The notes beneath the pieces were generated by a model, which saw only the letters and a list, made by a program, of their open reading frames with translations, had not been told where the DNA came from and ran no database searches. A DNA stretch of 64,000 nt from an uncultured Candidatus Rokubacteria bacterium (GTDB taxonomy: Bacteria; Methylomirabilota; Methylomirabilia; Rokubacteriales; CSP1-6). The stretch is taken from positions 32,001 through 96,000 of the forward strand of contig CAVWWD010000002.1 of the NCBI GenBank assembly GCA_963758635.1, written 5' to 3'. Of the stretch, positions 22,273 through 31,312 are shown piece by piece; position 1 is the first letter of the stretch, and each line of letters opens with the position of its first letter. Position numbers and translations under genes: made by a program.

Positions 22273-23843
22273 CAGGGGCCCAGCTCGGCCAGCTCGTCCT
22301 GGCCATCATCGTCCTCGCCGCGGTCGTGGCGATCGTCGCCTGGCTGCTCAACTGGCTCTACCTGCGCTCCTCCAAGGAGCGCGCCTTCGTCCGCACCGGC
22401 TTCGGCGGACAGAAGGTCGTGGTGAACGGCGGCGCCCTCGTGCTGCCGATCGTCCACGAGGTGATCCCGGTGAACATGAACACGCTTCGCCTGGCGGTGA
22501 CGCGCGGCCGCGACCGGGCCCTCATCACCAAGGACCGCATGCGCGTGGACGTGATCGCCGAGTTCTACGTGCGCGTGCAGGCCGCGCCCGAGGCCATCGC
22601 CGCCGCCGCCCAGACGCTGGGCCAGCGCACCATGCAGCCGGAGATGCTCGGCGAGCTGGTGGAAGGCAAATTTGTCGACGCGCTCCGAACAGTAGCCGCC
22701 GAGATGACCATGGAGGAGATGCACGAGAAGCGCGGCGACTACGTCAAGCGCGTGCGCGCCGTGGTGGCGGCCGACCTGCTGCAGAACGGCCTGGAGCTGG
22801 AGACGGTGTCGCTCACCCAGCTCGACCAGACCGCCATGGAGTTCTTCAACCCCTCGAACGCCTTCGACGCCGAGGGCCTGACGCGGCTCACCGAGACCAT
22901 CGAGACGCGCAAGAAGAAGCGGAACGACATCGAGCAGGACACCATGATCCAGATCCGCAACAAGAACCTGGACACCGAGCGCCAGGCCCTGGACATCGAC
23001 CGCGAGCTCGAGTACGCGCGCCTGGAGCAGACCCGGGAGCTGGAGGTGAAGCGCGCGGGCCAGCGCGCCGACGTGGCGCGGGAGCAGGCGGTCAAGGCCC
23101 AGGAGGCCGAGCGCGCCCAGATCCAGGCCCGCGAGCAGGTGGAGCGCGCGCGGATCACCTCCGAGCGCGCGGTGGAGGAGGAGCGCATCGCCCGCGAGCG
23201 GCAGATCGAGTCGCTGGAGGTGGAGCGCCGCACGGCGATCGAGCTGGCCGAGCAGCAGCGGGCCATCGCCGTCGCCGAGCAGTCCCGGATCCAGTCCGAG
23301 GCTCAGGCCGCCGCCGACCAGGCCCGCGCCAAGGCCGTGACCGAGGAGGAGCGCGTGTTCACCGCCCGCGACACCGAGACGGCCGAGCGGCGCAAGCGGG
23401 TGGAGATCGTCCAGGCCGAGGCCGACGCCGAGGCCAGCCGCATCCGTGCCATGGCCGCGAAGATCCACCACGAGGTGGAAGCCGCGGGCCTCACGCTCAT
23501 GAACACGGCGGCCAACCTGCTCACCCCGGAGGCGCGCCAGTCCGCGCTGCGCCGCCAGCTCATCGACAGGCTGGAGGGCATCATCCGCGAGTCGGTGAAG
23601 CCCATGGAGCGCATCGAGGGCATCCGCATCCTGCACGTCGAGGGGCTGGGCGGCAGCCGCGGCGGCGGGCCGGGCAACGGGGGCGGCGGCGGGATCGCCG
23701 ACAGCGTCGTGGACTCGGCCCTGCGCTTCCGGGCCCAGGCGCCGCTCATCGACCAGCTGCTGCGCGAGATCGGCGTGCAGGGCGGCGATGTCGGCCAGGC
23801 GGCCAAGGCGCTGCTCGAGCGCAGCGAGCAGCCCGCGGAATGA
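22269..23843 (+). CDS. Flotillin / SPFH (band 7, YqiK-like) protein
   Basis: N-terminal [34 protein letters not shown], long Glu/Ala coiled coil. Confidence 0.9.
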   Translation: MTGAQLGQLVLAIIVLAAVVAIVAWLLNWLYLRSSKERAFVRTGFGGQKVVVNGGALVLPIVHEVIPVNMNTLRLAVTRGRDRALITKDRMRVDVIAEFYVRVQAAPEAIAAAAQTLGQRTMQPEMLGELVEGKFVDALRTVAAEMTMEEMHEKRGDYVKRVRAVVAADLLQNGLELETVSLTQLDQTAMEFFNPSNAFDAEGLTRLTETIETRKKKRNDIEQDTMIQIRNKNLDTERQALDIDRELEYARLEQTRELEVKRAGQRADVAREQAVKAQEAERAQIQAREQVERARITSERAVEEERIARERQIESLEVERRTAIELAEQQRAIAVAEQSRIQSEAQAAADQARAKAVTEEERVFTARDTETAERRKRVEIVQAEADAEASRIRAMAAKIHHEVEAAGLTLMNTAANLLTPEARQSALRRQLIDRLEGIIRESVKPMERIEGIRILHVEGLGGSRGGGPGNGGGGGIADSVVDSALRFRAQAPLIDQLLREIGVQGGDVGQAAKALLERSEQPAE

Positions 23844-23912
23844 GCGGCGGGCGGCAGTGAACGGCGAGCGGCCGGCGGCGAGCAGCGGCCACCCGGCGGC
23901 GCGGGCGGCGGC

Positions 23913-24350
23913 ATGATCAAGGTCTACACGTCGAGCGTCATCGACGCGCCCGCCGACGCCGTCTGGGCGCAGGTGCGCGACTTCAACGGCCTGCCGCGCT
24001 GGACGCCGTTCGTGGCCGAGTCCCGCATCGAGGAGGGCCAGCCCGCGGACCGCATCGGCTGCGTGCGGAACTTCCGGCTGCGGGACGGCGGCGTGATCCG
24101 CGAGCGCCTGCTGACGCTCTCGGACTACGACTACCAGTGCACCTACTCCATCCTGGAGTCCCCGATGGGGGTCGAGAACTACGTCGCCACCCTCAAGCTG
24201 ACGCCGGTGACGGACGGCGGCCGCACCTTCGCGGAGTGGTGGGCCGAGTTCGACTGCGCCCCCGAGCGCGAGGCGGCGCTGGCGGAGCAGATCGGCCAGG
24301 GCGTCTTCCAGGCGGCGTTCGACTCGCTGAAGAAGGTCTTCGCCCGGTAG
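23913..24350 (+). CDS. SRPBCC / polyketide cyclase-like protein
   Basis: IDAPADAVWAQVRDFNGLPRW, IRERLL, TFAEWWAEF. Confidence 0.88.
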   Translation: MIKVYTSSVIDAPADAVWAQVRDFNGLPRWTPFVAESRIEEGQPADRIGCVRNFRLRDGGVIRERLLTLSDYDYQCTYSILESPMGVENYVATLKLTPVTDGGRTFAEWWAEFDCAPEREAALAEQIGQGVFQAAFDSLKKVFAR

Positions 24351-24364
24351 GCGAGGTCGGCGTC

Positions 24365-25810
24365 GTGTCGAGGATCCGGGTTCGCCGGTCCGCCGTGATC
24401 GACGCGCCGATCGAGCGCGTGTGGGCGGTGCTGCGCGATTTCAACAGCCACTCGGCCTGGCACCCCGCGGTCGGCCCCTCCGAGATCGAGCGTGGCGAGG
24501 CGGCCGACCAGGTCGGCTGCGTGCGCGACTTCACGCTCAAGGACGGCAACCACATCCGCGAGCAGCTCCTGGCCCTGTCCGACCGCGACCACGTCTCGAC
24601 CTACTGCATCCTCGACGCGACGCTGCCGATGCGGAACTACGTCGCCACGGTGGAGCTCAAGCGGGTGACGGACGGCGATCGCACGTTCTGGCACTGGGAG
24701 TCCACGTTCGACGTTCCGCGCGGCCGGGAGCGCGAGTTCGAAGAGCTGGTCGGCGGCCAGGTGTACGAGGCGGGCTTCACCGGCCTCGCGGCGTACCTGC
24801 GGCGGGACGGGCGCGTGGGCTCGCATCCCCGCGTGGTGGATGCCTGGGCCCCGGTGGATGCCCGGGCCGTCGTGGCGACGGCGTTCGGCGGTCCGGAGGT
24901 GCTGCAGCTTCGGCGCGTCGACGCGCCCCCGCCGCGCTCTGGCGAGGTCAAGCTGCGCCAGACGGCGATCGGCGTGAACTACATCAACGTCTACGTGCGC
25001 GCCGGCGTCTACCGCATGATCGAGCCCCCGGCGGCCATCGGCATGGAGGCGGCCGGCGTCGTCCTGGAGAGCGGCGCCCCGGGCTTCCGCCCCGGCGACC
25101 GCGTCGCGTATGCGTGCACTCCGCCGGGCGCGTACGCCACCGTGCGCACGCTGCCCGCATCCGCGCTCGTGCTCCTCCCCGACGACGTGAGCGAGGAGAC
25201 GGCGGCTGCGCTCATGCTGAAGGGCATGACCGCCGAGTACCTCCTGCACCGCACGTACCGCGTCCGGCCCGGCGACGCCGTGCTGGTGCACGCCGCGGCC
25301 GGCGGCGTCGGGCTCCTGCTCTGCCAGTGGGCCCGGGCGCTGGGCGCGCGCGTCATCGGCACGGTGTCGAGCGAGGCCAAGGCGGAGCTGGCCCGGGTCC
25401 ACGGCTGCGAGCACCCGATCGTGACCAGGACCTATTCCTTCGCGGAGCAGGTGAAGCGGATCACCGGCGGCCGCGGCGCCGACGTGATCTACGACGGCCT
25501 CGGCCGCGACGCGGCATCCGAGAACCTGACGGCGCTCGCCGTGCGCGGCCACTGGGTGAGCTACGGACACGCCACCGGCCCCCTCGATCCCGTGAACCTG
25601 GCCGAGAAGTCCGGCACCCTGTCCCAGCCGGTGCTCTTCCACTACACCGAGGATCTCCTGCAGCAGATGGCCGGCCGGGTGTTCGCCGCGTTGCGCGACG
25701 GCATCATCCGGCCCGACGTGCGCCACCGCTATCCCCTCGCCGCCGCGGCCGACGCCCACCGCGACCTGGAAGCGCGGCGGACCACCGGGCAGATCGTCCT
25801 GCTGCCCTGA
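24365..25810 (+). CDS. SRPBCC domain fused to quinone oxidoreductase (zeta-crystallin/MDR family)
   Basis: IDAPIERVWAVLRDFNSHSAWHP, then GGPEVL, IGVNYI, GMEAAG, VHAAAGGVG, RRTTGQIVL. Confidence 0.88.
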   Translation: MSRIRVRRSAVIDAPIERVWAVLRDFNSHSAWHPAVGPSEIERGEAADQVGCVRDFTLKDGNHIREQLLALSDRDHVSTYCILDATLPMRNYVATVELKRVTDGDRTFWHWESTFDVPRGREREFEELVGGQVYEAGFTGLAAYLRRDGRVGSHPRVVDAWAPVDARAVVATAFGGPEVLQLRRVDAPPPRSGEVKLRQTAIGVNYINVYVRAGVYRMIEPPAAIGMEAAGVVLESGAPGFRPGDRVAYACTPPGAYATVRTLPASALVLLPDDVSEETAAALMLKGMTAEYLLHRTYRVRPGDAVLVHAAAGGVGLLLCQWARALGARVIGTVSSEAKAELARVHGCEHPIVTRTYSFAEQVKRITGGRGADVIYDGLGRDAASENLTALAVRGHWVSYGHATGPLDPVNLAEKSGTLSQPVLFHYTEDLLQQMAGRVFAALRDGIIRPDVRHRYPLAAAADAHRDLEARRTTGQIVLLP

Positions 25811-25844
25811 GCCTCCCGCCGCGGGCACCCTGCCTGCGCTGCGC

Positions 25845-26853
25845 TCAGGGCGCTCGCGTCGCCGAGACCAGCCGGGTGATCGTGGGAATGACCTCGCGAT
25901 CCCGGATGTCCGTGAAGCCCCGCGCGACGAGCTGGGCCGAGAGCGCGCCCGGCGTGAGCAGGCCGGCGTCGGGATCGTTCAACAGGCCGGACAGGAGCCA
26001 GAGGGCGGCGGACGTGGGCCCGCTGCCGTCGTCGTCCACCATGAAGTCGTGCACGAGCAGGGTGCCCCCCGGCGCCAGCGCTCCGAACGAGCGCGAGAGC
26101 AGCTCCGTCTTCGCTGCCGCGCTCACCGCGCTCATCAGGTAGGAGATCAGCACAACGTCCTGGGCGCCGGGCCACGGCGTCTCGAGCGCGTTGCCGGCCA
26201 GGAACGTGATGCGGCCGTCGAGCCCGGCCTCCCGCGCGAAGCGTTCCGCGACGGTCTGCACCTGGGGGAAGTCGAGGATCGTGCAGCGCAGGCCGGGGTG
26301 GCGCCGGCAGAGCGTGATGCTGAAGGCGCCGCTGCCACCGGCCACGTCGAGGAGCGTGCGCGCGCCCGACAGGTCCACGAGCTTGCTCGTCACCACCGCG
26401 GGGCCGAGGGAGCCCGCGTGCTGCGCGCGGCTGAAGTACTCGGCCTCCTCGTCGTTCTGGGTCAGCCCGTAGAACTGCATGCGCTTGCCCCGGAGCGCTT
26501 CGGAAAGCCCCGCGAAGGCCGGGTACACCTGCCGGTCGATCTGGAAGCGATAGTAGTCGCCGAAGTAGCGGGGCGCCGTCCGCACCAGGTACTCCTGGGC
26601 CGCCGGCGCGTTGGCGAAGGCGTCGCCCGACTTCCCGAGCAGGCCCATGCTCACGCAGGCCGTGAGCAGCACGGCGAGCCGCGGAGCCGGGACGCCGGTG
26701 CCGCCCGCCAGCTCCTCGAGCGTCCTGGGCCCGTCCGCGAGCCGGCCGAACACGTCGAGCTCGAGCGCCGTGAAGAACGCTTTCGACGCCATGAAGCCGT
26801 AGGCGAGCCGGGAGATGTCCCGGAACGTCGGTCAGCGGGGCAACACCAGCCAT
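25845..26853 (-). CDS. SAM-dependent O-methyltransferase with dimerisation domain (frameshift near 26825)
   Basis: GFMASKAFFTALELDVF, LLDVAGGSG, LAPGGTLLVHDF; AAGGAGG RBS. Confidence 0.85.
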
Positions 26854-27013
26854 GTGCGCCTCCTTCGAGCGGAGATCACCGTTGCGTCTCGCTGTCCACA
26901 GGGCATGTGTCCCCCGCGCGCAGCGGGCGCCGGCGCGGCGTCGAGGATACCCTGACACACACGCGAGGCAAGGTCGCGCTGGAAGGGCGGCTCGCCTTGT
27001 AGTGAAAAAGGGG

Positions 27014-27044
27014 TTGCACGACGTTATGGTCTGTGTAACCTTAT
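27014..27044 (+). promoter_or_regulatory. Putative promoter (TTGCAC-16-TAACCT) overlapped by NrtR box TTATGGTCTGTGTAACCTTAT (27024-27044)
   Basis: 21-bp imperfect palindrome with the GT-N7-AC core typical of NrtR sites, directly upstream of nrtR. Confidence 0.7.
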
Positions 27045-27840
27045 GTCTCACGTAGCCATGGAGACGCTATCGCGCACGGGCGCCGGCTCGAGAAAGCAGT
27101 CCACTCCGCGATCGCCGGGCGTTCAGGCATCCGTCGTCGTCGCCGTCGTCATCTTCAGCCTCCGGCCCGATGCCGCCGACAAACCGCCTCTTCAAGTCCT
27201 GCTCGTCCGGCGCGCGGTCGAGCCGTTTGCCGGGTACTGGGCGCTGCCGGGCGGCAAGCTCTGGGGCGGCGAGGCGCTCGACGAGGCGGCGTGGCGCCAG
27301 CTGGAGGAGAAGACGTCGCTCCGAGCGTCGTACCTCGAACAGCTCTACACCTTCGAGCTCTGCGACGCGGGACGGCAGCTCGAGGCCGCGGTGACCGCGT
27401 ACTTCGCGCTCGTCCGCACCGACCGCGCCGAGATCGCCCCCGGGCGCAACACCATGGAGGCCGCCTGGTTCCCGGTGGACGGGCTGCCGAAGCAGCTCGC
27501 GTTCGACAACGACGAGATCATCCACTTCGCGCTGCAGCGCCTGCGCAACAAGGTGGAATACGCCCACGTGGCGTTCCAGTTCCTTCCGCCATCGTTCACG
27601 ATGGCGCAACTCCGCGCCGTGTACGAGGTGATCCTCGGCCGCCGTCTCGACCCGACGAACTTCCGCCGGCGCGTCGAGGCCACCGGCACGATCGTGCCCA
27701 CCGGCCACGTGGTCTCGGGCGGCCGACATCGCCCGCCGGCGCTGTACCACTGCGCGGACGACCCGGTCATGCTGGTCAAGACGATGCGCCCTCGGCGGAC
27801 CCTGAGGGCCCGCCTTTCCCTGCACGCCGACAATCCGTGA
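27043..27840 (+). CDS. nrtR: NrtR family regulator (NUDIX + winged HTH)
   Basis: VLLVRR..PFAGYWALPGG, YLEQLYTF, LAFDN, RLRNK, FTMAQLRAVYEVILG..LDPTNFRR, RPPALY; precedes nad genes. Start may be 27058. Confidence 0.88.
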   Translation: MSHVAMETLSRTGAGSRKQSTPRSPGVQASVVVAVVIFSLRPDAADKPPLQVLLVRRAVEPFAGYWALPGGKLWGGEALDEAAWRQLEEKTSLRASYLEQLYTFELCDAGRQLEAAVTAYFALVRTDRAEIAPGRNTMEAAWFPVDGLPKQLAFDNDEIIHFALQRLRNKVEYAHVAFQFLPPSFTMAQLRAVYEVILGRRLDPTNFRRRVEATGTIVPTGHVVSGGRHRPPALYHCADDPVMLVKTMRPRRTLRARLSLHADNP

Positions 27841-27878
27841 CCCGGTCCAGAGGAGGACAGCCCATCCATGTGCTCAAG

Positions 27879-27899
27879 TAATGGTGGGAGACACCTTAA
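27879..27899. promoter_or_regulatory. Second NrtR box TAATGGTGGGAGACACCTTAA upstream of nadA
   Basis: Shares T-ATGGT-N7-ACCTTA with the box upstream of nrtR. Confidence 0.7.
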
Positions 27900-27948
27900 C
27901 AAACGCGCAGAAAGCGCTCACCAAGCAGTCGATGAGGGAGGACACGCG

Positions 27949-29268
27949 ATGGCGACGATGACGGCGAAGATCCAGTCGGCGGCCACGGACAGCCTGTGCA
28001 GCGACGAGCTCAAATGGGATCCATGGGCTCACGATTCGACACCCGCGACGCCTCGCCCGCCGGTGTACGGCCCAGGCGCGAGCCAGTGGGATGCGATTCC
28101 GGCCTCGGCTCCCGTGCAGACCGAGATCCCCGAAGCGTATCGGCGCATGGATGCCGACGAGATCGCGGAACGGATCGCGTCGGCGAAGGCGGCGCTGGGC
28201 TCCCGCCTCGTGATCCTCGGCCACCACTACCAGCGTGACGAAGTCGTCCGCTGGGCCGACTTCCGCGGCGACTCGCTCAAGCTCTCCCAGCAGGCCGCGG
28301 GGCAGCGGGACGCCGACTCCATCGTCTTCTGCGGCGTGCACTTCATGGCCGAGAGCGCCGACATCCTCGCCGGCGATCACCAGCGCGTGATCCTGCCCAA
28401 CATGGCCGCGGGCTGCTCGATGGCCGACATGGCCGACGAGCCACAGGTGCTCTCCTGCTGGCAGCAGCTCGCCGAGGCGCTCGGCGTCGACGCCGGGAGC
28501 CCACGTGCCGCGGTCCTACCCGTCACCTACATGAACTCGTCGGCCGCGCTCAAGGCCTTCTGCGGCGACCGCGGTGGGCTGGTCTGCACGTCCTCGAACG
28601 CGACGCGTGTGCTCGAGTGGGCCTTCGAGCGCGGCGAGCGCGTGCTGTTCTTCCCCGACGAGCATCTCGGCCGCAACACCGGAGTGAAGCTCCGGATCGC
28701 CGACGACGCCATGGTGGTGTGGGATCCGCGCCGGCCTCTCGGGGGCGCCTCGCCGGAGCGCCTGCGTCGCGCGCGGCTGATCCTCTGGCGCGGCTGGTGC
28801 TCCGTCCACGCGCGGTTCTCGGTGGCGCAGATCGCGCGCGCCCGCCGCGAGCATCCGGGCGTCACCGTGATCGTGCACCCGGAGTGCCGGCGCGAGGTCG
28901 TGGATGCCGCCGACCTGGACGGCTCGACGGAGGTCATCCTCGACACGATCGCGTCGGCCCCGTCCGGGACCGCGTGGGCCGTCGGCACCGAGATCAACAT
29001 GGTCAACCGTCTGGCCGCCGAGCACCCGGACAAGACGATCTTCTGCCTCGATCCGGTGATCTGCCCCTGCTCGACGATGTATCGGATCCACCCGGCGTAT
29101 CTCGCCTGGGTCCTGGACGCTCTCGTCGACGGCCGCGTGGTCAACGAGATCACCGTCGCCGAGCATGTGAAGGCCTCGGCGCGCGTGGCCCTCGAGCGCA
29201 TGCTCTCCCTTTCCGGCCGGACCGCGCCGCGCGACGCCGTCCGGGCGGGCTTGGAGGTATCGCCGTGA
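27949..29268 (+). CDS. nadA: Quinolinate synthase
   Basis: ILGHHYQR, VFCGVHFMAE, AGCSMADM, YMNSSA, CTSSNA, CSVH, VHPEC, GTE, CPCSTM. Confidence 0.95.
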   Translation: MATMTAKIQSAATDSLCSDELKWDPWAHDSTPATPRPPVYGPGASQWDAIPASAPVQTEIPEAYRRMDADEIAERIASAKAALGSRLVILGHHYQRDEVVRWADFRGDSLKLSQQAAGQRDADSIVFCGVHFMAESADILAGDHQRVILPNMAAGCSMADMADEPQVLSCWQQLAEALGVDAGSPRAAVLPVTYMNSSAALKAFCGDRGGLVCTSSNATRVLEWAFERGERVLFFPDEHLGRNTGVKLRIADDAMVVWDPRRPLGGASPERLRRARLILWRGWCSVHARFSVAQIARARREHPGVTVIVHPECRREVVDAADLDGSTEVILDTIASAPSGTAWAVGTEINMVNRLAAEHPDKTIFCLDPVICPCSTMYRIHPAYLAWVLDALVDGRVVNEITVAEHVKASARVALERMLSLSGRTAPRDAVRAGLEVSP

Positions 29269-30122
29269 CGCATCCACCGCTCTCCCAGGTCCGCGAGATC
29301 ATCCGGCGCGCGCTCGACGAGGACATCGGCGCGGGCGACGTCACCACCGACAGCTGCATCCCCGCCGAGCAACGGTCGCGCGCCACCCTGCTCGCCAAGC
29401 AGGACGGCGTCCTCTGCGGCGGGCGCGTTTTCGCCGAGACGCTGGCGCTGGTGGATCCGGGCGTCACGGTCGACCTGGTCGTCCGCGACGGGGCGCCGAT
29501 CCGCACGGGCGACGTGGTCGCCCGCATCGAGGGGCCGACGCGCGCGCTGCTGACCGGCGAGCGGACGGCCCTCAACTTCGTCCAGCGGCTGAGCGGGATC
29601 GCGACGGCGACGGCGGCATTCGTCGAGCGGCTGCGCGGGCTTCGCACGCGGCTGGTGGACACCCGCAAGACCACTCCCGGGCTGCGCGTGCTGGAGAAGT
29701 ACGCGGTGCGCGTCGGCGGCGGACACAACCACCGGTTCAACCTGGCCGACGCCGTGCTGATGAAGGACAACCACCTGGCCGCCCTGCGGACCCGGGGCCT
29801 CGAGCTCGCCGCCGCGGTCAAGACGGTGCGGGAGCAGATCCCTCACACGATGCGGATCGAGGTCGAGGTCACGTCCCTCGCCGAGGTCGACGAGGCGCTG
29901 GCCGGCGGCGCCGACATCATCCTGCTCGACAACATGACCACCGAGGCGATGCGCCACGCCGTCCGTCGGATCGGCGGCCGGGCACTGACCGAGTGCTCCG
30001 GCACCGTCACGCTGGAGACCGTCCGAGAGCGGGCCGAGACCGGGGTCGATCTCATCTCGTCCGGCGCCCTCACGCACTCGTCGCGAGCCCTCGACCTCAG
30101 CCTGGAGATCGAGGCCGCATGA
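29265..30122 (+). CDS. nadC: Nicotinate-nucleotide pyrophosphorylase (QAPRTase)
   Basis: ALDEDIGAGDVTT, ERTALN, DTRKTTPGLR, HRFNL, KDNH, IEVEV, LLDNM. Confidence 0.95.
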   Translation: MTHPPLSQVREIIRRALDEDIGAGDVTTDSCIPAEQRSRATLLAKQDGVLCGGRVFAETLALVDPGVTVDLVVRDGAPIRTGDVVARIEGPTRALLTGERTALNFVQRLSGIATATAAFVERLRGLRTRLVDTRKTTPGLRVLEKYAVRVGGGHNHRFNLADAVLMKDNHLAALRTRGLELAAAVKTVREQIPHTMRIEVEVTSLAEVDEALAGGADIILLDNMTTEAMRHAVRRIGGRALTECSGTVTLETVRERAETGVDLISSGALTHSSRALDLSLEIEAA

Positions 30123-31312
30123 AGCCGATCTACGCCGACTACGCCTCCACCACTCCGGTCCACCCCCTCGTCCTCCAGGCCATGGAGCCCTACCTGCGCG
30201 AGCACTTCGGCAACCCCTCGAGCCCGTACCGTCCCGGCCGGAGCGCCGCCGACGCGATCGACCGCGCCCGCGCGACGGTGGCGCGCATCCTCGGCTGCCA
30301 CGACGACGAGGTCGTGTTCACCGGCGGGGGCACCGAGAGCGACAATCTGGCCGTGAAGGGCATCGCGCTGGCCGCCGGCGCGCGCAAGCGACACATCGTC
30401 ACGACGGCCATCGAGCACAGCGCTGTGCTCGAGGCCGTTCACGCGCTGCAGGAGCATCTCGGCGTCGACGTCACCTACGTTCCCGTCGACCCCGACGGGC
30501 TCGTCGATCCGGCCGTGGTCGCCGGCGCCATCCGCCCGGAGACGTGCCTGGTCAGCGTGATGCTCGCCAACAACGAGATCGGCACGATCCAGCCGGTCGC
30601 CGAGATCGGGCGACTGGCCGCGGAGCGCGGCGTCCCGGTGCACACGGACGCGGTGCAGGCCGCGGGACTCCTGGACCTGAACGTCGATCGGCTCGGGGTT
30701 CACGCGCTCGCGCTCTCCGCGCACAAGTTCTACGCGCCGAAGGGTGTGGGCGTGCTCTACGTCCGGCGGGGCACGGCGCTGGCGCCGCTCGTCCACGGCG
30801 GCAGCCAGGAGCGCCAGCGCCGCGCCGGAACGGAGAACGTCGCCGGCATCGTGGCCTGCGCCGCCGCGCTCGAGCTGGTCGAGCGGCACCGGGCGTCCAC
30901 CGCCGCGCGCCTGACGGCGCTGCGCGATCGGCTGATCGATGGCATCGAGGCCAGCGTCCCCGGGGCCCTGCTCAACGGCCATCGCCGGCGTCGCCTCCCC
31001 GGCAACGCGAGCTTCTGCTTCCCCGACGTGCAGGGCGAGAGCATCCTGCTCGAGCTCGAGGCGGACGACGTGTATGCGTCGAGCGGCTCGGCCTGTCATG
31101 CCGGCTCGCAGGATCCTTCGCACGTGCTGCTGGCCATCGGCCGCGAGCCGGAGCTGGCTCACACCGCGGTGCGGCTCACGCTGGGCGCGCCGACCACGGA
31201 GGAGGAGGTCGACCGGCTGCTGGAGCTGGTGCCACGGGGCGTGACCCGGCTACGCGAGCGGGGAGCCTCCGCCGCCCGGCCACGCGGCCGGCCTGCGCCG
31301 GCAAGGCCTTAG
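30119..31312 (+). CDS. Cysteine desulfurase (IscS/NifS group I)
   Basis: [45 protein letters not shown]. Confidence 0.93.
   Translation: MKPIYADYASTTPVHPLVLQAMEPYLREHFGNPSSPYRPGRSAADAIDRARATVARILGCHDDEVVFTGGGTESDNLAVKGIALAAGARKRHIVTTAIEHSAVLEAVHALQEHLGVDVTYVPVDPDGLVDPAVVAGAIRPETCLVSVMLANNEIGTIQPVAEIGRLAAERGVPVHTDAVQAAGLLDLNVDRLGVHALALSAHKFYAPKGVGVLYVRRGTALAPLVHGGSQERQRRAGTENVAGIVACAAALELVERHRASTAARLTALRDRLIDGIEASVPGALLNGHRRRRLPGNASFCFPDVQGESILLELEADDVYASSGSACHAGSQDPSHVLLAIGREPELAHTAVRLTLGAPTTEEEVDRLLELVPRGVTRLRERGASAARPRGRPAPARP

Noticed and set aside
23844..23912. GGC-rich intergenic stretch as a structured RNA or repeat
   Set aside because: Low-complexity sequence with no consistent unit or recognisable fold.
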